The position numbers and the translations under genes were made by a program. From assembly GCA_029260965.1 (NCBI GenBank), contig JAJDCG010000001.1:89221-153220 (forward strand): a stretch of DNA of 64,000 nucleotides. The letters run 5' to 3'. The notes beneath the pieces were generated by a model. The model saw nothing but the letters and a program-made list of their open reading frames with translations. It was not told the origin of the DNA and searched no databases. This document shows, in pieces, positions 30,757 to 40,755 of the stretch. Position 1 is the first letter of the stretch; every line of letters begins with the position of its first letter. This DNA is from Candidatus Levyibacteriota bacterium. Lineage in GTDB: Bacteria > Patescibacteriota > Microgenomatia > Levybacterales > UBA12049.

Positions 30757-32544
30757 TCATTTAACAGTTACGCTTTTTGCCAGGTTTCTTGGTTTGTCAG
30801 GGTCATAGCCTTTTTTAAGTGCCAGCTCATAGGCGATAAGTTGTAGCGGAACTATTTGAGAAAGTGCTGTTGCATCAGATGTATTTTTAACTTCTATAAA
30901 ATAATCAAAAGCCGGATGATTTTTGTTGCTCACACCAATTATTATTCCACCGCGGGATCTTATCTCTATGGCGTTTGATAAAATAGCATCATGTGTTTCA
31001 TCCAGGGGAGCAAAAACAATACAGGGCGTTCCTTTTGAGATAAGGGCAATTGTTCCATGTTTTAGCTCTCCCCCTGCCAGTCCCTCAGCATGAATATATG
31101 AAACTTCTCGTATTTTGAGTGCTGCCTCAAGCGCAGTTGGATATGAAACACCTCTTCCGATGATGTAGATATGTTTGTTTTTTGCAAGCAATTCAACCAC
31201 AGGCTTAAGTTTTTTTTTGTTTTTTATTATTTTTTCAATCTCATTTGCAGATTCAATTAGTTGTTCCGATGCAGTTTTTGAGCTATTTACTAATTGATAA
31301 GAGAGCATTAGAAGTATTGATAGTTTGGCAATATATGCCTTCGTTGAGGCAACAGCTTGTTCTATCCCTGCTCCCAAGAGAATTTTTTCATCGCTCATTC
31401 GGTAAATTGTTGAACCCTGAGTGTTGGTGAGAGTTGCTATTTTGGCTTTTTTCTTTTTTGCAATTGTGAGTGGTTCTACTACATCTATTGTTTCTCCAGA
31501 TTGTGAAAGCGCAATTATGAGACTTTTATTTTTGATAAAATCAAGAAGATAATTAAATTCAGACGCATATGCCATATTGACATGTTTATTAGCTATTTTT
31601 GAGAAAAAATATGTACCTATTAAACCCGCAAAAGAAGCAGTTCCTGCACCGATAAAAAAAGTACCCTTTGCCGTTTTAATTGTTTTTGTTAGGGATGAGA
31701 CTTGGTCTTGATAGGTAGTCGCGATATTACGGATTATATTTGGTTGTTCTGAAATTTCTTTTATCATAAAATGAGGAAATTTTCCCTTTTTTAAATTTTG
31801 ACTTTTCCAATTTATAGTTTCGAAATTTATTTTTTGTTTTTTACCATCTCCCAGATTTATTAGCTGAAGATTTTTACCAATTATTGCCATCTCATTGTCT
31901 TTTATAAAAAGCATTTTTTTTGTGTGTGGTAAGATGCTTGTTGCATCAGATGAAACAAAAAATTCTTTTTTATTCTCTCCAATTACTAGGGGGGAGCCTG
32001 TTTTAGCAATTACCATCTCGCTTGATATTGAGTATGCAGCAACAATTGCATTCATTCCCCTTAACATGTTAAATGCATTTCTTACTGAAGTTGCAAAACC
32101 AAATTTTTTTAATTCTTCTTCAATTAGATGAGGAATGATTTCAGAATCAGTATCAGATAAAAATTTATGATGTTTTTTTTCAAGTAGCTTTTTTAATTCT
32201 TGATAATTTTCAATTATTCCATTGTGAATTATGCTTATTTTTCTTGTACAGTCGATATGTGGATGTGCATTTTTGTCTGTAACCCCACCGTGAGTTGCCC
32301 ATCTGGTGTGGCCCAAGGCCAAACTAGAATTAAGAATTAAGAATTTAGAATTTAGTTTTGCATCAGCTATTTTCCCAGTACGTTTTTCTACAACGAATTT
32401 TGTTTTTTGCTCTTTGTTTCCCCCCTTTTCTTTTACTGCCACACCCCAAGAATCATAGCCTCTATATTCAAGCAGCTTGAGTCCCTCAAGGACAGTCTGA
32501 GCAGCATTTTTTTTAGTTCCTACGTAGCCGAAAATTCCACACAT
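30757..32544 (-). CDS. glmS: Glutamine--fructose-6-phosphate transaminase
   Basis: MCGIFG, GHTRWATHG, SQSGET, ELKHG, PRNLAKSVTV motifs. Confidence 0.97.
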   Translation of the reverse strand: MCGIFGYVGTKKNAAQTVLEGLKLLEYRGYDSWGVAVKEKGGNKEQKTKFVVEKRTGKIADAKLNSKFLILNSSLALGHTRWATHGGVTDKNAHPHIDCTRKISIIHNGIIENYQELKKLLEKKHHKFLSDTDSEIIPHLIEEELKKFGFATSVRNAFNMLRGMNAIVAAYSISSEMVIAKTGSPLVIGENKKEFFVSSDATSILPHTKKMLFIKDNEMAIIGKNLQLINLGDGKKQKINFETINWKSQNLKKGKFPHFMIKEISEQPNIIRNIATTYQDQVSSLTKTIKTAKGTFFIGAGTASFAGLIGTYFFSKIANKHVNMAYASEFNYLLDFIKNKSLIIALSQSGETIDVVEPLTIAKKKKAKIATLTNTQGSTIYRMSDEKILLGAGIEQAVASTKAYIAKLSILLMLSYQLVNSSKTASEQLIESANEIEKIIKNKKKLKPVVELLAKNKHIYIIGRGVSYPTALEAALKIREVSYIHAEGLAGGELKHGTIALISKGTPCIVFAPLDETHDAILSNAIEIRSRGGIIIGVSNKNHPAFDYFIEVKNTSDATALSQIVPLQLIAYELALKKGYDPDKPRNLAKSVTVK

Positions 32545-32547
32545 AAT

Positions 32548-33027
32548 TTAATCTTTCGAGTTTATAACGGGTATTATATCATTTAGGTTCTGGATTGTAA
32601 TATCAGGAAAAAATTCTTTGGTATTTTGATTTGTATTTGAGTACCTGCCTCGGTTGAAAAAAATCGTTACAAGAGTAGGAAGCGCATGTTTGGCGTGTGA
32701 TAAATTTATCAAAAGATTATCTACGAAGAAAATTTTCCCATCAAAGTTTTTATATTTTTTTAGTTCGTTTATCAGATTTGCATCTTTTTGAGCAACAATG
32801 TGGAGATGGTCCTTGCTGAAAAAGTGAATTATTTTTGTTTCTATTAGTTTTTTGTTTTGAAATTCAACATTTCCCTTGGATAAGATACCCAGTAGAGTAA
32901 TTTGAGATAATTCAGCTAACGTTTTTTCAACATCTGGATATAGGTGGAATTCAGTAAGGGAGCTTTTCTTGAAGCGGTTCGTATCAAAAAGAACATCGTC
33001 AATGTCAAAAAGAATTAATTTTTGCAT
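32548..33027 (-). CDS. HAD-family hydrolase
   Basis: ILFDIDDVLFD motif I; FFVDN motif. Confidence 0.8.
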   Translation of the reverse strand: MQKLILFDIDDVLFDTNRFKKSSLTEFHLYPDVEKTLAELSQITLLGILSKGNVEFQNKKLIETKIIHFFSKDHLHIVAQKDANLINELKKYKNFDGKIFFVDNLLINLSHAKHALPTLVTIFFNRGRYSNTNQNTKEFFPDITIQNLNDIIPVINSKD

Positions 33028-33029
33028 TT

Positions 33030-33671
33030 TTAATTTTTAATTATCTCGTTTTCTTGGTGCGTGCCAGTTACGGATATTAGTGGATAGACAATTGTACTTT
33101 TGCCAAGGATTGTTCCAGGGTTAAGAACGGAGTTGACACCTACATTTGATCCATCTCCTATTATTGCGCCTAGTTTTCTGAGACCAGTTTGATATTTTTC
33201 TTTACCGGAGCTTACGGATACTGGTTTTTTATCCAGTCTATAATTTGCAAGTATTGATCCTGCGGACAGGTTGACTTTATTGCCAATAATACTATTTCCA
33301 ACATAATTAAAATGTCCGGCAATACTCCCATTTAGAAAAATACTGTCTTTTACTTCTACTGCGTGGCCTGCTTTCGCATTGTCTGCGAAGAGACACGCTC
33401 CGCGAAGAAATGCACCATGAGAAATCATGCAGTTTTTGCCTATGATTGCAGGACCTGTGATCTCAGCTGTTTCATGAACTACTGTTCCCTCGCCGATATA
33501 GACGTCATTGCGGTTTTTGTAGTTTGATTTTATTTTTCCTGACTTGAACTGTTCTCGGATGTATTCTTCAAGATTATTAAAAACTTCCCATACATTCTCC
33601 TTGTCTTTAAAAAGATCAGCAAAATATATATCAGATAAGTCAAAAAAATTTTTAGCTGAAAAACTATTCAT
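33030..33671 (-). CDS. GlmU-like left-handed beta-helix acyltransferase (no NTP-transferase domain)
   Basis: Hexapeptide repeats, HFNYVGNSIIG, LRKLGAIIGD; clustered with glmS. Confidence 0.85.
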   Translation of the reverse strand: MNSFSAKNFFDLSDIYFADLFKDKENVWEVFNNLEEYIREQFKSGKIKSNYKNRNDVYIGEGTVVHETAEITGPAIIGKNCMISHGAFLRGACLFADNAKAGHAVEVKDSIFLNGSIAGHFNYVGNSIIGNKVNLSAGSILANYRLDKKPVSVSSGKEKYQTGLRKLGAIIGDGSNVGVNSVLNPGTILGKSTIVYPLISVTGTHQENEIIKN

Positions 33672-33730
33672 AGTCTATGTATTCTACCATAATTGCAAAA
33701 GACCGAAAGGGAGTATATACTTTCCTCAAT

Positions 33731-35494
33731 ATGGATGAGGTAGATCAAATAAGAGATAAAACAGATATTGTATCTTTGATTTCTGAGTATGTGACTGTAA
33801 AAAAAGCAGGCAGGAATTTTAAGGCAAATTGTCCATTTCACAATGAAAAAACCCCGTCATTTGTTATATCTCCAGAACGCCAGATCTGGCATTGTTTCGG
33901 GTCATGTAACAAGGGAGGGGATGCGTATAGTTTTGTTATGGAGTATGAGAAAGTTGATTTTCCAGAGGCACTTAGGATGCTTGCTAAGAGGTCTGGAATA
34001 GAGCTTTCCCAATCAAGAGATACAGGTGTCACCTCTTCACAAAAAGAAAGCTTTTATAGAATAAATGCTCTTGCAAAGGAGTATTACCATTATATACTTA
34101 CAAAACATAAAGCAGGTGAAAAGGCATTGAGTTATCTCAAGAAACGAGGAATTAATGAAAAGTTAATTGAATCTTTTAAGGTTGGTTTTGCACCTCGTAC
34201 ACAAGATGGTTTAGTAAAGTATCTTACTCAGAAAAAAAAGCATAACATTCAGGATGTTATTGAGGCAGGACTTGCTTTTAAAAAGGGCGTACAGCCAACA
34301 GATTTTTTTTGGGGTAGACTTATTTTCCCATTAGTTGATCACAGGGATAACGTGGTCGGATTTTCAGGGCGAATCCTTGATAATAATTCTTCTGTTTCTA
34401 AGTATATAAATACGAGGGAGACGCTTGTTTATCACAAAAGCGATCATGTTTTTGGACTTAATATCACAAAAGAATCAATCAGACGTGAGAATCAGGTCAT
34501 AATAACTGAGGGAGAATTTGATGTGATGGCATGTTACAAAAATGGTATTGGAAATGTGGTTGCTGTGAAGGGCACAGCGCTTACTGAAGCGCAGGTTAAT
34601 CTTATTGGACGCTTTGCGGAAAAAATTACATTCTGTTTTGATACTGACAAAGCAGGACTTGAGGCAATAAAGAGAAGCATAGGAGTAGTTGAGAAAAAAG
34701 GTCTTTCTCCGACAGTTATTGAGATAGTGGGTGGAAAAGATGCGGATGAAGCTCTTTTGAAAAACCCTACTGGTTTTAAGAAAGCAGCAAAAGAAGACGT
34801 ATCTGTTTATGAATTTTTGATTAAAAAGGCACTTGAATTATTTGATGTAAATATAGCAGATGGAAAGAAAAAATTTTCCAATGAAACACTTCCTTATGTA
34901 GCGCAAATCGGCAACGAAATAATCAAAGAGCACTATCTAAAAAAGATTGCTAAAGAACTGGATACATCATATGAGAGTATCCAGAAAGAGGTTGAGAGGA
35001 TAGGTAAAAAGATAGAAAAGACAGAAGTTAAAATAGATGCTGTCAGCAAAAGACCACAAGATGAAATCCTTGAGGAGTATTTGCTCGCGCTGATTCTCCA
35101 ATCAGATAATCGGAGTGAGGATCTCAAATCCGCGATACAGATATTGTCAGATACGGGAATTGCTAAAAAATCCCAACACAAGATAATGGATAAGCTTTCA
35201 GAGTTTTTGGGAAAAAATAAAAAATTTGATGCCGATAAATTTATAAATACTCTTCCACAGGAGCTTTTGTCCTCATATGATACGAGTTTTCTTTTCCCAC
35301 TACCTGAGTTCAGTGATGAGAAGCACTATCACAATGAGGTTGAAAAAATAGCTAAGAACCTGAAGACTATCTATGTCCGAGAAAGGCTGAAGGAAGTATC
35401 TGAGGAGATAAGGCAAAAAGAGCGGGATGGAAAAGAGAAGGATATAGAAAAATTACAGAAAGAGTATTCAGCTCTCGTAGCGAATTTAGGTTGA
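33731..35494 (+). CDS. dnaG: DNA primase
   Basis: CPFH..C..C zinc finger, KYINT, EGEFD, FDTD TOPRIM motifs. Confidence 0.97.
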   Translation: MDEVDQIRDKTDIVSLISEYVTVKKAGRNFKANCPFHNEKTPSFVISPERQIWHCFGSCNKGGDAYSFVMEYEKVDFPEALRMLAKRSGIELSQSRDTGVTSSQKESFYRINALAKEYYHYILTKHKAGEKALSYLKKRGINEKLIESFKVGFAPRTQDGLVKYLTQKKKHNIQDVIEAGLAFKKGVQPTDFFWGRLIFPLVDHRDNVVGFSGRILDNNSSVSKYINTRETLVYHKSDHVFGLNITKESIRRENQVIITEGEFDVMACYKNGIGNVVAVKGTALTEAQVNLIGRFAEKITFCFDTDKAGLEAIKRSIGVVEKKGLSPTVIEIVGGKDADEALLKNPTGFKKAAKEDVSVYEFLIKKALELFDVNIADGKKKFSNETLPYVAQIGNEIIKEHYLKKIAKELDTSYESIQKEVERIGKKIEKTEVKIDAVSKRPQDEILEEYLLALILQSDNRSEDLKSAIQILSDTGIAKKSQHKIMDKLSEFLGKNKKFDADKFINTLPQELLSSYDTSFLFPLPEFSDEKHYHNEVEKIAKNLKTIYVRERLKEVSEEIRQKERDGKEKDIEKLQKEYSALVANLG

Positions 35495-35534
35495 CAAACT
35501 AGTAAAAACGGAGTATTATTTCAGCCAGATAGCA

Positions 35535-36359
35535 ATGAGGACAGAACATGTAAGGCCAGGCAATGACATTATTGGTTCATCTAGGGAACGACTCTTACCC
35601 CCTCTTTCTTTGCAAGAACAGGTAACAAGAGGTGCCAAAAAATTATTCTTCGGTTTTCCATTTGCTTTTGTTGGAAAAGATTTAGACGATTATCTTCAAG
35701 ATTTTTATGTTCCTGCGGGAGTAAAACAACTACTTGAGCATAAAGACGATACGCTTGTGGTGATTGATCCCCGAATTTCTCGTTCACAACAGGTCTATCA
35801 ACAATATCATGGCTCAAGGAGATCAGAAACGCTGGGTGTAAGTTTAGTATCAGAATTCGAGCTACCAAATGCTTTTTCCAGATATGGAGGAGAGGAGCAG
35901 ATCAGAAGAGAGCAAAACAAAAAAAGGCTAGATTGGGATGTAGTAGATATCAATGGCACACAAACTTCGCCTTATGTGATTTGGGTTAGAACTGATTCAT
36001 CAACTAATAGGCCTGGAGCAACTATCGATGTAGCAAAAACATTGGATGAGGGTCAAGTAGGTTTATCACTTACTGAATTACTACATGTTAATCTTTTTGC
36101 ACCCCACCTACTTACAAATTTCAATCCAGCATTGGGCTCAGAAGTGCCGTATAAGATTCGAGCTGAATCTGGCGTAGAAGGAGATGGTCTTCAGGAAAGG
36201 AATCTTTCTCCAGCTTTAGTGAGAGATGGTTTTGGAAATAAAAAATTGGTTGTTTGTTTTGGCCAGGGTGTGGGGCTGCACTATAATTCAGCTTTGAGCC
36301 GTGGAAGAGATGTGATAATGCTTGGTCCAAAAGATTCTGATAACATGGTCAAAGCGTAA
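35535..36359 (+). CDS. Hypothetical protein between dnaG and rpoD
   Basis: 274-aa ORF preceded by TTGACA-N17-TATTAT (35491-35519). Confidence 0.7.
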   Translation: MRTEHVRPGNDIIGSSRERLLPPLSLQEQVTRGAKKLFFGFPFAFVGKDLDDYLQDFYVPAGVKQLLEHKDDTLVVIDPRISRSQQVYQQYHGSRRSETLGVSLVSEFELPNAFSRYGGEEQIRREQNKKRLDWDVVDINGTQTSPYVIWVRTDSSTNRPGATIDVAKTLDEGQVGLSLTELLHVNLFAPHLLTNFNPALGSEVPYKIRAESGVEGDGLQERNLSPALVRDGFGNKKLVVCFGQGVGLHYNSALSRGRDVIMLGPKDSDNMVKA

Positions 36360-36436
36360 AGCTAAAATAGCTTTAGTGTTCTCAAAATAATCTTCTGTCT
36401 ACCTAGATTTGCCAATTTGTGTTAAAATAAGAAACT

Positions 36437-37519
36437 ATGTCCCAGAAATTAACCCCTGTTATCTCAGAAGTAGTAGCTAGTGCTAAAAAAAGAGGCTATA
36501 TCACGCAAGAAGAAATACTTGGAATTTACACTAAGCCAGAAGAACATATCGAAGATCTTGATTCTCTTTATGACAAGCTCATGAAGGGTAGTATTGATGT
36601 GTTTGAGTCAGTTGCTCAGTCGCAGGAGCAGGACAAACCAATTGAAGATCTGGAAAAAGAGCTTGAGGCTCTCACAGTCCTGACAGAGGGATCGGTATCT
36701 GATCCTGTGCGTATGTACCTCAAAGAGATAGGTCGCATACCCCTTCTTACTTTTGATCAGGAAATTGATTTAGCCAAAAGAGTTGAAAAAAGCGAAATTG
36801 CAGCAAAAAAGAAGCTTATAAATTCAAATTTGAGACTAGTTGTCTCAATTGCCAAAAAATATATTGGTAGGGGCTTGACACTTCTTGATCTTATCCAAGA
36901 GGGGAATCAGGGCTTGATCCGTGCGGTAGAGAAATATGACTGGAGAAGAGGATTTAAGTTTTCAACTTATGCTACATGGTGGATCAGGCAATCTGTGACA
37001 CGTGCAATTGCCGATCAGGCTCGTACTATCCGAATTCCAGTTCACATGGTTGAGAATATTAACAGATTTCTTCGAAGTCAGCGAAAGCTGATGCAGGAGC
37101 TTGGTCGTGAACCCACACCAGAGGAGGTCGCAAAAGTGCTTGGAATTGAACCTGATAAAGCACTTGAAATTATAAAAATTTCCCAAAATCCAGCCAGTCT
37201 AGAGGCGCCGGTTGGAGACGAGGAAGATTCACGCCTCGGAGATTTTATATCAGATAGTTCCGCACCTACTCTTTTTGATTCTGCTAGTCGTGAGCTTCTC
37301 AAGGAACAGGTTGATCAGGTGCTTGATACACTTTCTGATCGTGAAAGAAGGGTTTTGAAAGAGCGTTTTGGTCTGGATGATGGCAGGCCCAAGACACTTG
37401 AAGAGGTGGGACGCATGTTTCAGGTCACCCGTGAGCGTATCCGTCAGATTGAAGCTAAGGCTCTGCGCAAACTCCGCCACCCCAGTCGTGGTAACAAGCT
37501 CCGTGATTATCTAGTCTAA
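36437..37519 (+). CDS. rpoD: Primary RNA polymerase sigma factor
   Basis: [42 protein letters not shown] motifs. Confidence 0.98.
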   Translation: MSQKLTPVISEVVASAKKRGYITQEEILGIYTKPEEHIEDLDSLYDKLMKGSIDVFESVAQSQEQDKPIEDLEKELEALTVLTEGSVSDPVRMYLKEIGRIPLLTFDQEIDLAKRVEKSEIAAKKKLINSNLRLVVSIAKKYIGRGLTLLDLIQEGNQGLIRAVEKYDWRRGFKFSTYATWWIRQSVTRAIADQARTIRIPVHMVENINRFLRSQRKLMQELGREPTPEEVAKVLGIEPDKALEIIKISQNPASLEAPVGDEEDSRLGDFISDSSAPTLFDSASRELLKEQVDQVLDTLSDRERRVLKERFGLDDGRPKTLEEVGRMFQVTRERIRQIEAKALRKLRHPSRGNKLRDYLV

Positions 37520-38769
37520 TTGACTTCTCTTTTCTTTTCGATAATATCTGATGCTGGATTTGTACGACGCGCCAGATAGATGAAGGGAAGAGCCATCGCG
37601 TAAATAATTCCAGATACAGCATAAGAGGTTGAGTAGTTCCAGATGTCAGCAACTCTTCCAAGTGCTGGTTGTATGATAACACCTCCACTTGATCCGATTA
37701 AAGAATCAAATGACAATACAGTCGCGCGCTGCTGTGATGGTATGAGACCGTTTAGATAACTTTGTCTTATCGGGATTAGTGCTGCAAACATCAGTCCCCA
37801 GATGAAAATAAGCACCAGAACAGCATAGAAATTCTGAACAAATGATACGGAAGTTAAAATAACTGCAGATATTAGAATTCCGGTAAAAATAGCAGTAGTG
37901 CGTCTTCTAAAAAGCTTTCTCATATAGGATGCGCTAAACCCTCCTGCGATTTGAGCACTTGCCACAAGGGCTGCTGCTAAACCTGCGACACCATATGCTT
38001 CTTTATTTCCATAAAGCTCAAGTAAATATGGCTGCAGTGCATAAAATCCATAAAAACTGACGCCCATGGTAAATGGTGCTGCAATCATAATCCATCTAAC
38101 AGGAGGATTTTTGAGGCCGTGATCTATGGAATTTTTAAATATCTTCTTCATTTCTTTTAGAGGCGTTTTGCTTTTCTGGGGTGCAAATCCCAGATCCCGC
38201 ATTAGGAAAAATGCTGTGAAGAAATTTATGATAAGTATTGCGGTTCTTATGATATATGGCACACCCAAGTTTGTCATTTGTGCGATGAAACCACCAGCAA
38301 TTGATCCTGTTAACATGGCAACACCTGATGCAATTTGACCCTTTGCAAAAACGCCGTCCAGATCACCCGTGAAATTGGTGGCAGTGAGAGCATCAACCAA
38401 CCACGCTTCAAGTGCGCCTGAGAAAAATGTAAACCCAAGACCAAGCACCATAGAAGAGACGGCCCAGCCCCAGAAAGGACCTTGAATCTGCCACATGAAT
38501 AAATAAAGCGCTGTTGATAAAGAGAGGGTTATTGCGCCAAGTAGATATGAAATGCGTCTACCATATGTATCAGCAACTACTCCTGTTGGCACCTCAAAAA
38601 TTACCTGACCAAGGGTGAAAAAAGCATTGGCAGCAAATGCCTGAAGGTTACTAAGTCCTGCATCAAGTAGAAAAAGTGTATTGACTCCCCAGATAAAGGA
38701 TGCGGCAAGTGTGTTCCCGAGTACGAGATAAATATAGATCCTCTGAATGCTTCGAGGTTTTTTAACCAT
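37516..38769 (-). CDS. MFS transporter
   Basis: [14 protein letters not shown] motif A, about 12 TM helices. Confidence 0.92.
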   Translation of the reverse strand: MVKKPRSIQRIYIYLVLGNTLAASFIWGVNTLFLLDAGLSNLQAFAANAFFTLGQVIFEVPTGVVADTYGRRISYLLGAITLSLSTALYLFMWQIQGPFWGWAVSSMVLGLGFTFFSGALEAWLVDALTATNFTGDLDGVFAKGQIASGVAMLTGSIAGGFIAQMTNLGVPYIIRTAILIINFFTAFFLMRDLGFAPQKSKTPLKEMKKIFKNSIDHGLKNPPVRWIMIAAPFTMGVSFYGFYALQPYLLELYGNKEAYGVAGLAAALVASAQIAGGFSASYMRKLFRRRTTAIFTGILISAVILTSVSFVQNFYAVLVLIFIWGLMFAALIPIRQSYLNGLIPSQQRATVLSFDSLIGSSGGVIIQPALGRVADIWNYSTSYAVSGIIYAMALPFIYLARRTNPASDIIEKKREVN

Positions 38770-39100
38770 GGTTGGATTTTGCGACAAAGTAGTTGATGAA
38801 CGAAAGGATTATGCTAAACAAAAGCGCCCACCAGAAGCTGTCAACCGAAAAGCCAGGTACAACGGCACTAGCAAGAAGTATCATCAATGCATTTATAACA
38901 AATGCAAAAAGACCTAGTGTAACAACTGTTAGAGGGAGGGTTAGAAGGATAATAACGGGTTTTACAAGCACATTGATAACACCCAGTACAACAGCTACAA
39001 CAAAAGCAGAAACAAAACCTGATAGTTGTACGCCTGGCAGGATATAGGCGGTCACAAAAATAACGATTGCACTGAGTAACCAGTTGATAAGTATGGTCAT
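38762..39100 (-). CDS. YvlD-like (phage holin family) membrane protein
   Basis: VKPV..LLTLPL...TLGLF..VINA pattern, four TM helices. Confidence 0.88.
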   Translation of the reverse strand: MTILINWLLSAIVIFVTAYILPGVQLSGFVSAFVVAVVLGVINVLVKPVIILLTLPLTVVTLGLFAFVINALMILLASAVVPGFSVDSFWWALLFSIILSFINYFVAKSNHG

Positions 39101-39148
39101 AAATATATTATACAGCTTTTTTCAAATTTATAAAAACGCTGAGAGGAA

Positions 39149-39766
39149 TTAGAAGCCTAAGTCTTCTTCAATTAGAATGAATTTGATTTTGCGGGCATTC
39201 ATTGGGCTTTCGTTTTTGAAGATAACTATTTTATTTAGACTTGTTCCCATGCCGTATTTTTCCTTCATGTGCTGGTCCTCAAGAGGAACGATATGCTTCT
39301 CAAGCCTTTTCATAGCTGATTCCAGATTTGGAACTATTTTTTTGGTGCTAACTATAAAAATAAGATTTTCGGAAGAATAGACAATATGTGAGAGTTGGCT
39401 GGCAGTATTGCTGGCAACCAAAAATTCACCTGATTGAGTAAGGGCGTGTACGCTTCCCAGGTAATAATCTGACAGCAATCCATGTTTTCGCAGTTTGGCT
39501 TTTTTTATAGGATCAGTTTCGCTAACAATTTTTTTATGTAGATTGTTCCATTTGTGCTTATCTGTTTTTAGATAATCGACAAATCCTATTTGCTCACTGG
39601 TCACAGATGCGCCATTCATCAGAGTTGCTCCCTCTGGAATTGATTTTTTTACCTCAATCAATGCATCTTCTTTATTTTTTACGATAGTTGCTTCATATCC
39701 CTTATCGTTGAGGCTTTTGACTGTTTTATCCAATGTTTTCTTATCTGCCAGTTTATTAAATTGCAT
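39149..39766 (-). CDS. LUD domain (lactate utilization-like) protein
   Basis: DYYLGSVHALT, ASNTASQL, KKIVPNL motifs. Confidence 0.85.
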   Translation of the reverse strand: MQFNKLADKKTLDKTVKSLNDKGYEATIVKNKEDALIEVKKSIPEGATLMNGASVTSEQIGFVDYLKTDKHKWNNLHKKIVSETDPIKKAKLRKHGLLSDYYLGSVHALTQSGEFLVASNTASQLSHIVYSSENLIFIVSTKKIVPNLESAMKRLEKHIVPLEDQHMKEKYGMGTSLNKIVIFKNESPMNARKIKFILIEEDLGF

Positions 39767-39828
39767 ATTAGATGTATAATACATACTAAGTATGGATTTA
39801 ACAAGTACATACTTTTTGTATACCAAGT

Positions 39829-40140
39829 ATGAAAGATGTTAGCATGTGTCAGTTAGACAAAACCCTGAGTATAATTGGAGGAAAATGGAAAATGGTAATT
39901 CTCTGGCATTTATCACATGATGTGCTGAGGTTCTCTGAGCTTGAGAAAAAAATTCCAGAAATAACTCAAAAAATGCTTTCCCAATCTCTTCGTGAGCTGG
40001 AAAAAAATAAATTAATCTCAAGGAAAGTTTATCCTGTCATCCCCCCAAAAGTAGAATACGCGATTACCGCGCATGGCGTATCACTTGGAAAAGTACTAAA
40101 CGAGCTAAATAAATGGAGCCAGACTCATCTGACAAAATAA
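39829..40140 (+). CDS. HxlR family transcriptional regulator
   Basis: IGGKWK, RFSEL, ITQKML, PPKVEY motifs; divergent from the LUD gene, with atact/agtat inverted repeats in the spacer. Confidence 0.93.
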   Translation: MKDVSMCQLDKTLSIIGGKWKMVILWHLSHDVLRFSELEKKIPEITQKMLSQSLRELEKNKLISRKVYPVIPPKVEYAITAHGVSLGKVLNELNKWSQTHLTK

Positions 40141-40220
40141 TCCACTATCCTCTGGATTTGAAGTGTGTTAAATGTTAAAATACTTCTTATCATGTATGCC
40201 AAGTTGGGATACATAGATAT

Positions 40221-40292
40221 TCCCCTGTAGCTCAATGGTAGAGCGCGCGACTGTTAATCGCTAGGTTCGAGGTTCGAATCCTCGCGGGGGAG
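40221..40292 (+). tRNA. tRNA-Asn (GTT)
   Basis: Cloverleaf: tcccctg/cggggga acceptor, gctc/gagc D-stem, ctGTTaa loop, cgagg-ttcgaat-cctcg T-arm; CCA not encoded. Confidence 0.95.
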
Positions 40293-40301
40293 CAAAATTG
40301 T

Positions 40302-40393
40302 CAATTTGTAGCTCAGCGGTACCTGCCTGCCGGCAGGCAGGGAGCAGGAAGCTGCTAACTTCAAGGTCCGAGGTTCGAATCCTCGCGTGGGAA
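40302..40393 (+). pseudogene. Degenerate tRNA (anticodon GCT, Asn-like body) with a 20-bp palindrome in the D-loop
   Basis: ta-gctc-agcggta-[cctgcctgccggcaggcagg]-gagc-a-ggaag-ctGCTaa-cttca-aggtc-cgagg-ttcgaat-cctcg; acceptor stem does not pair. Confidence 0.8.
40322..40341. repeat. Perfect GC-rich palindrome CCTGCCTGCCGGCAGGCAGG
   Basis: Self-complementary 20-mer; 15/20 variant at 63823-63842. Confidence 0.85.
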
Positions 40394-40755
40394 TCGTAGG
40401 AAGAACAGAACTAGATTTAGACAAACAAATAGCAACCTTTGAGAAAGAAAAGGAGGTAATGTTTACAGTAAAAGATGGTTTGTACGCACATACACCAGAT
40501 GATGGTGGGTTGTTCACAATAAAGCGAGGGCCATTTAGTGTAGCGCTCGATGCGATGCTTTACTGTCGGCTAACAATGGAATATTTAACTCTTGAGAGTT
40601 TTCTCAATATTTTGGAATTTATGTATAAAATCGCTTCTCAAAGAAGAAGTGATGATGCATACTTCCCTAGATTTAGGAATGAAAACGAGTTTTGGAATTA
40701 ACTACGTTGCAGGAGTACGGAAAAGTGCCAAATATTGATATTGAAGTACAAATAT

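Noticed and set aside
38762-39100. Holin-family gene as evidence of a prophage
   Set aside because: YvlD-like genes are common chromosomal genes and no phage structural or replication genes are nearby
40254-40517. Minus-strand ORF containing LPAGRQV and LLPREDSNL
   Set aside because: Antisense translation of the tRNA, pseudo-tRNA and palindrome
40387-40701. 104-aa ORF after the pseudo-tRNA
   Set aside because: Start lies within the pseudo-tRNA and no motif is recognisable; may be a gene remnant but cannot be supported
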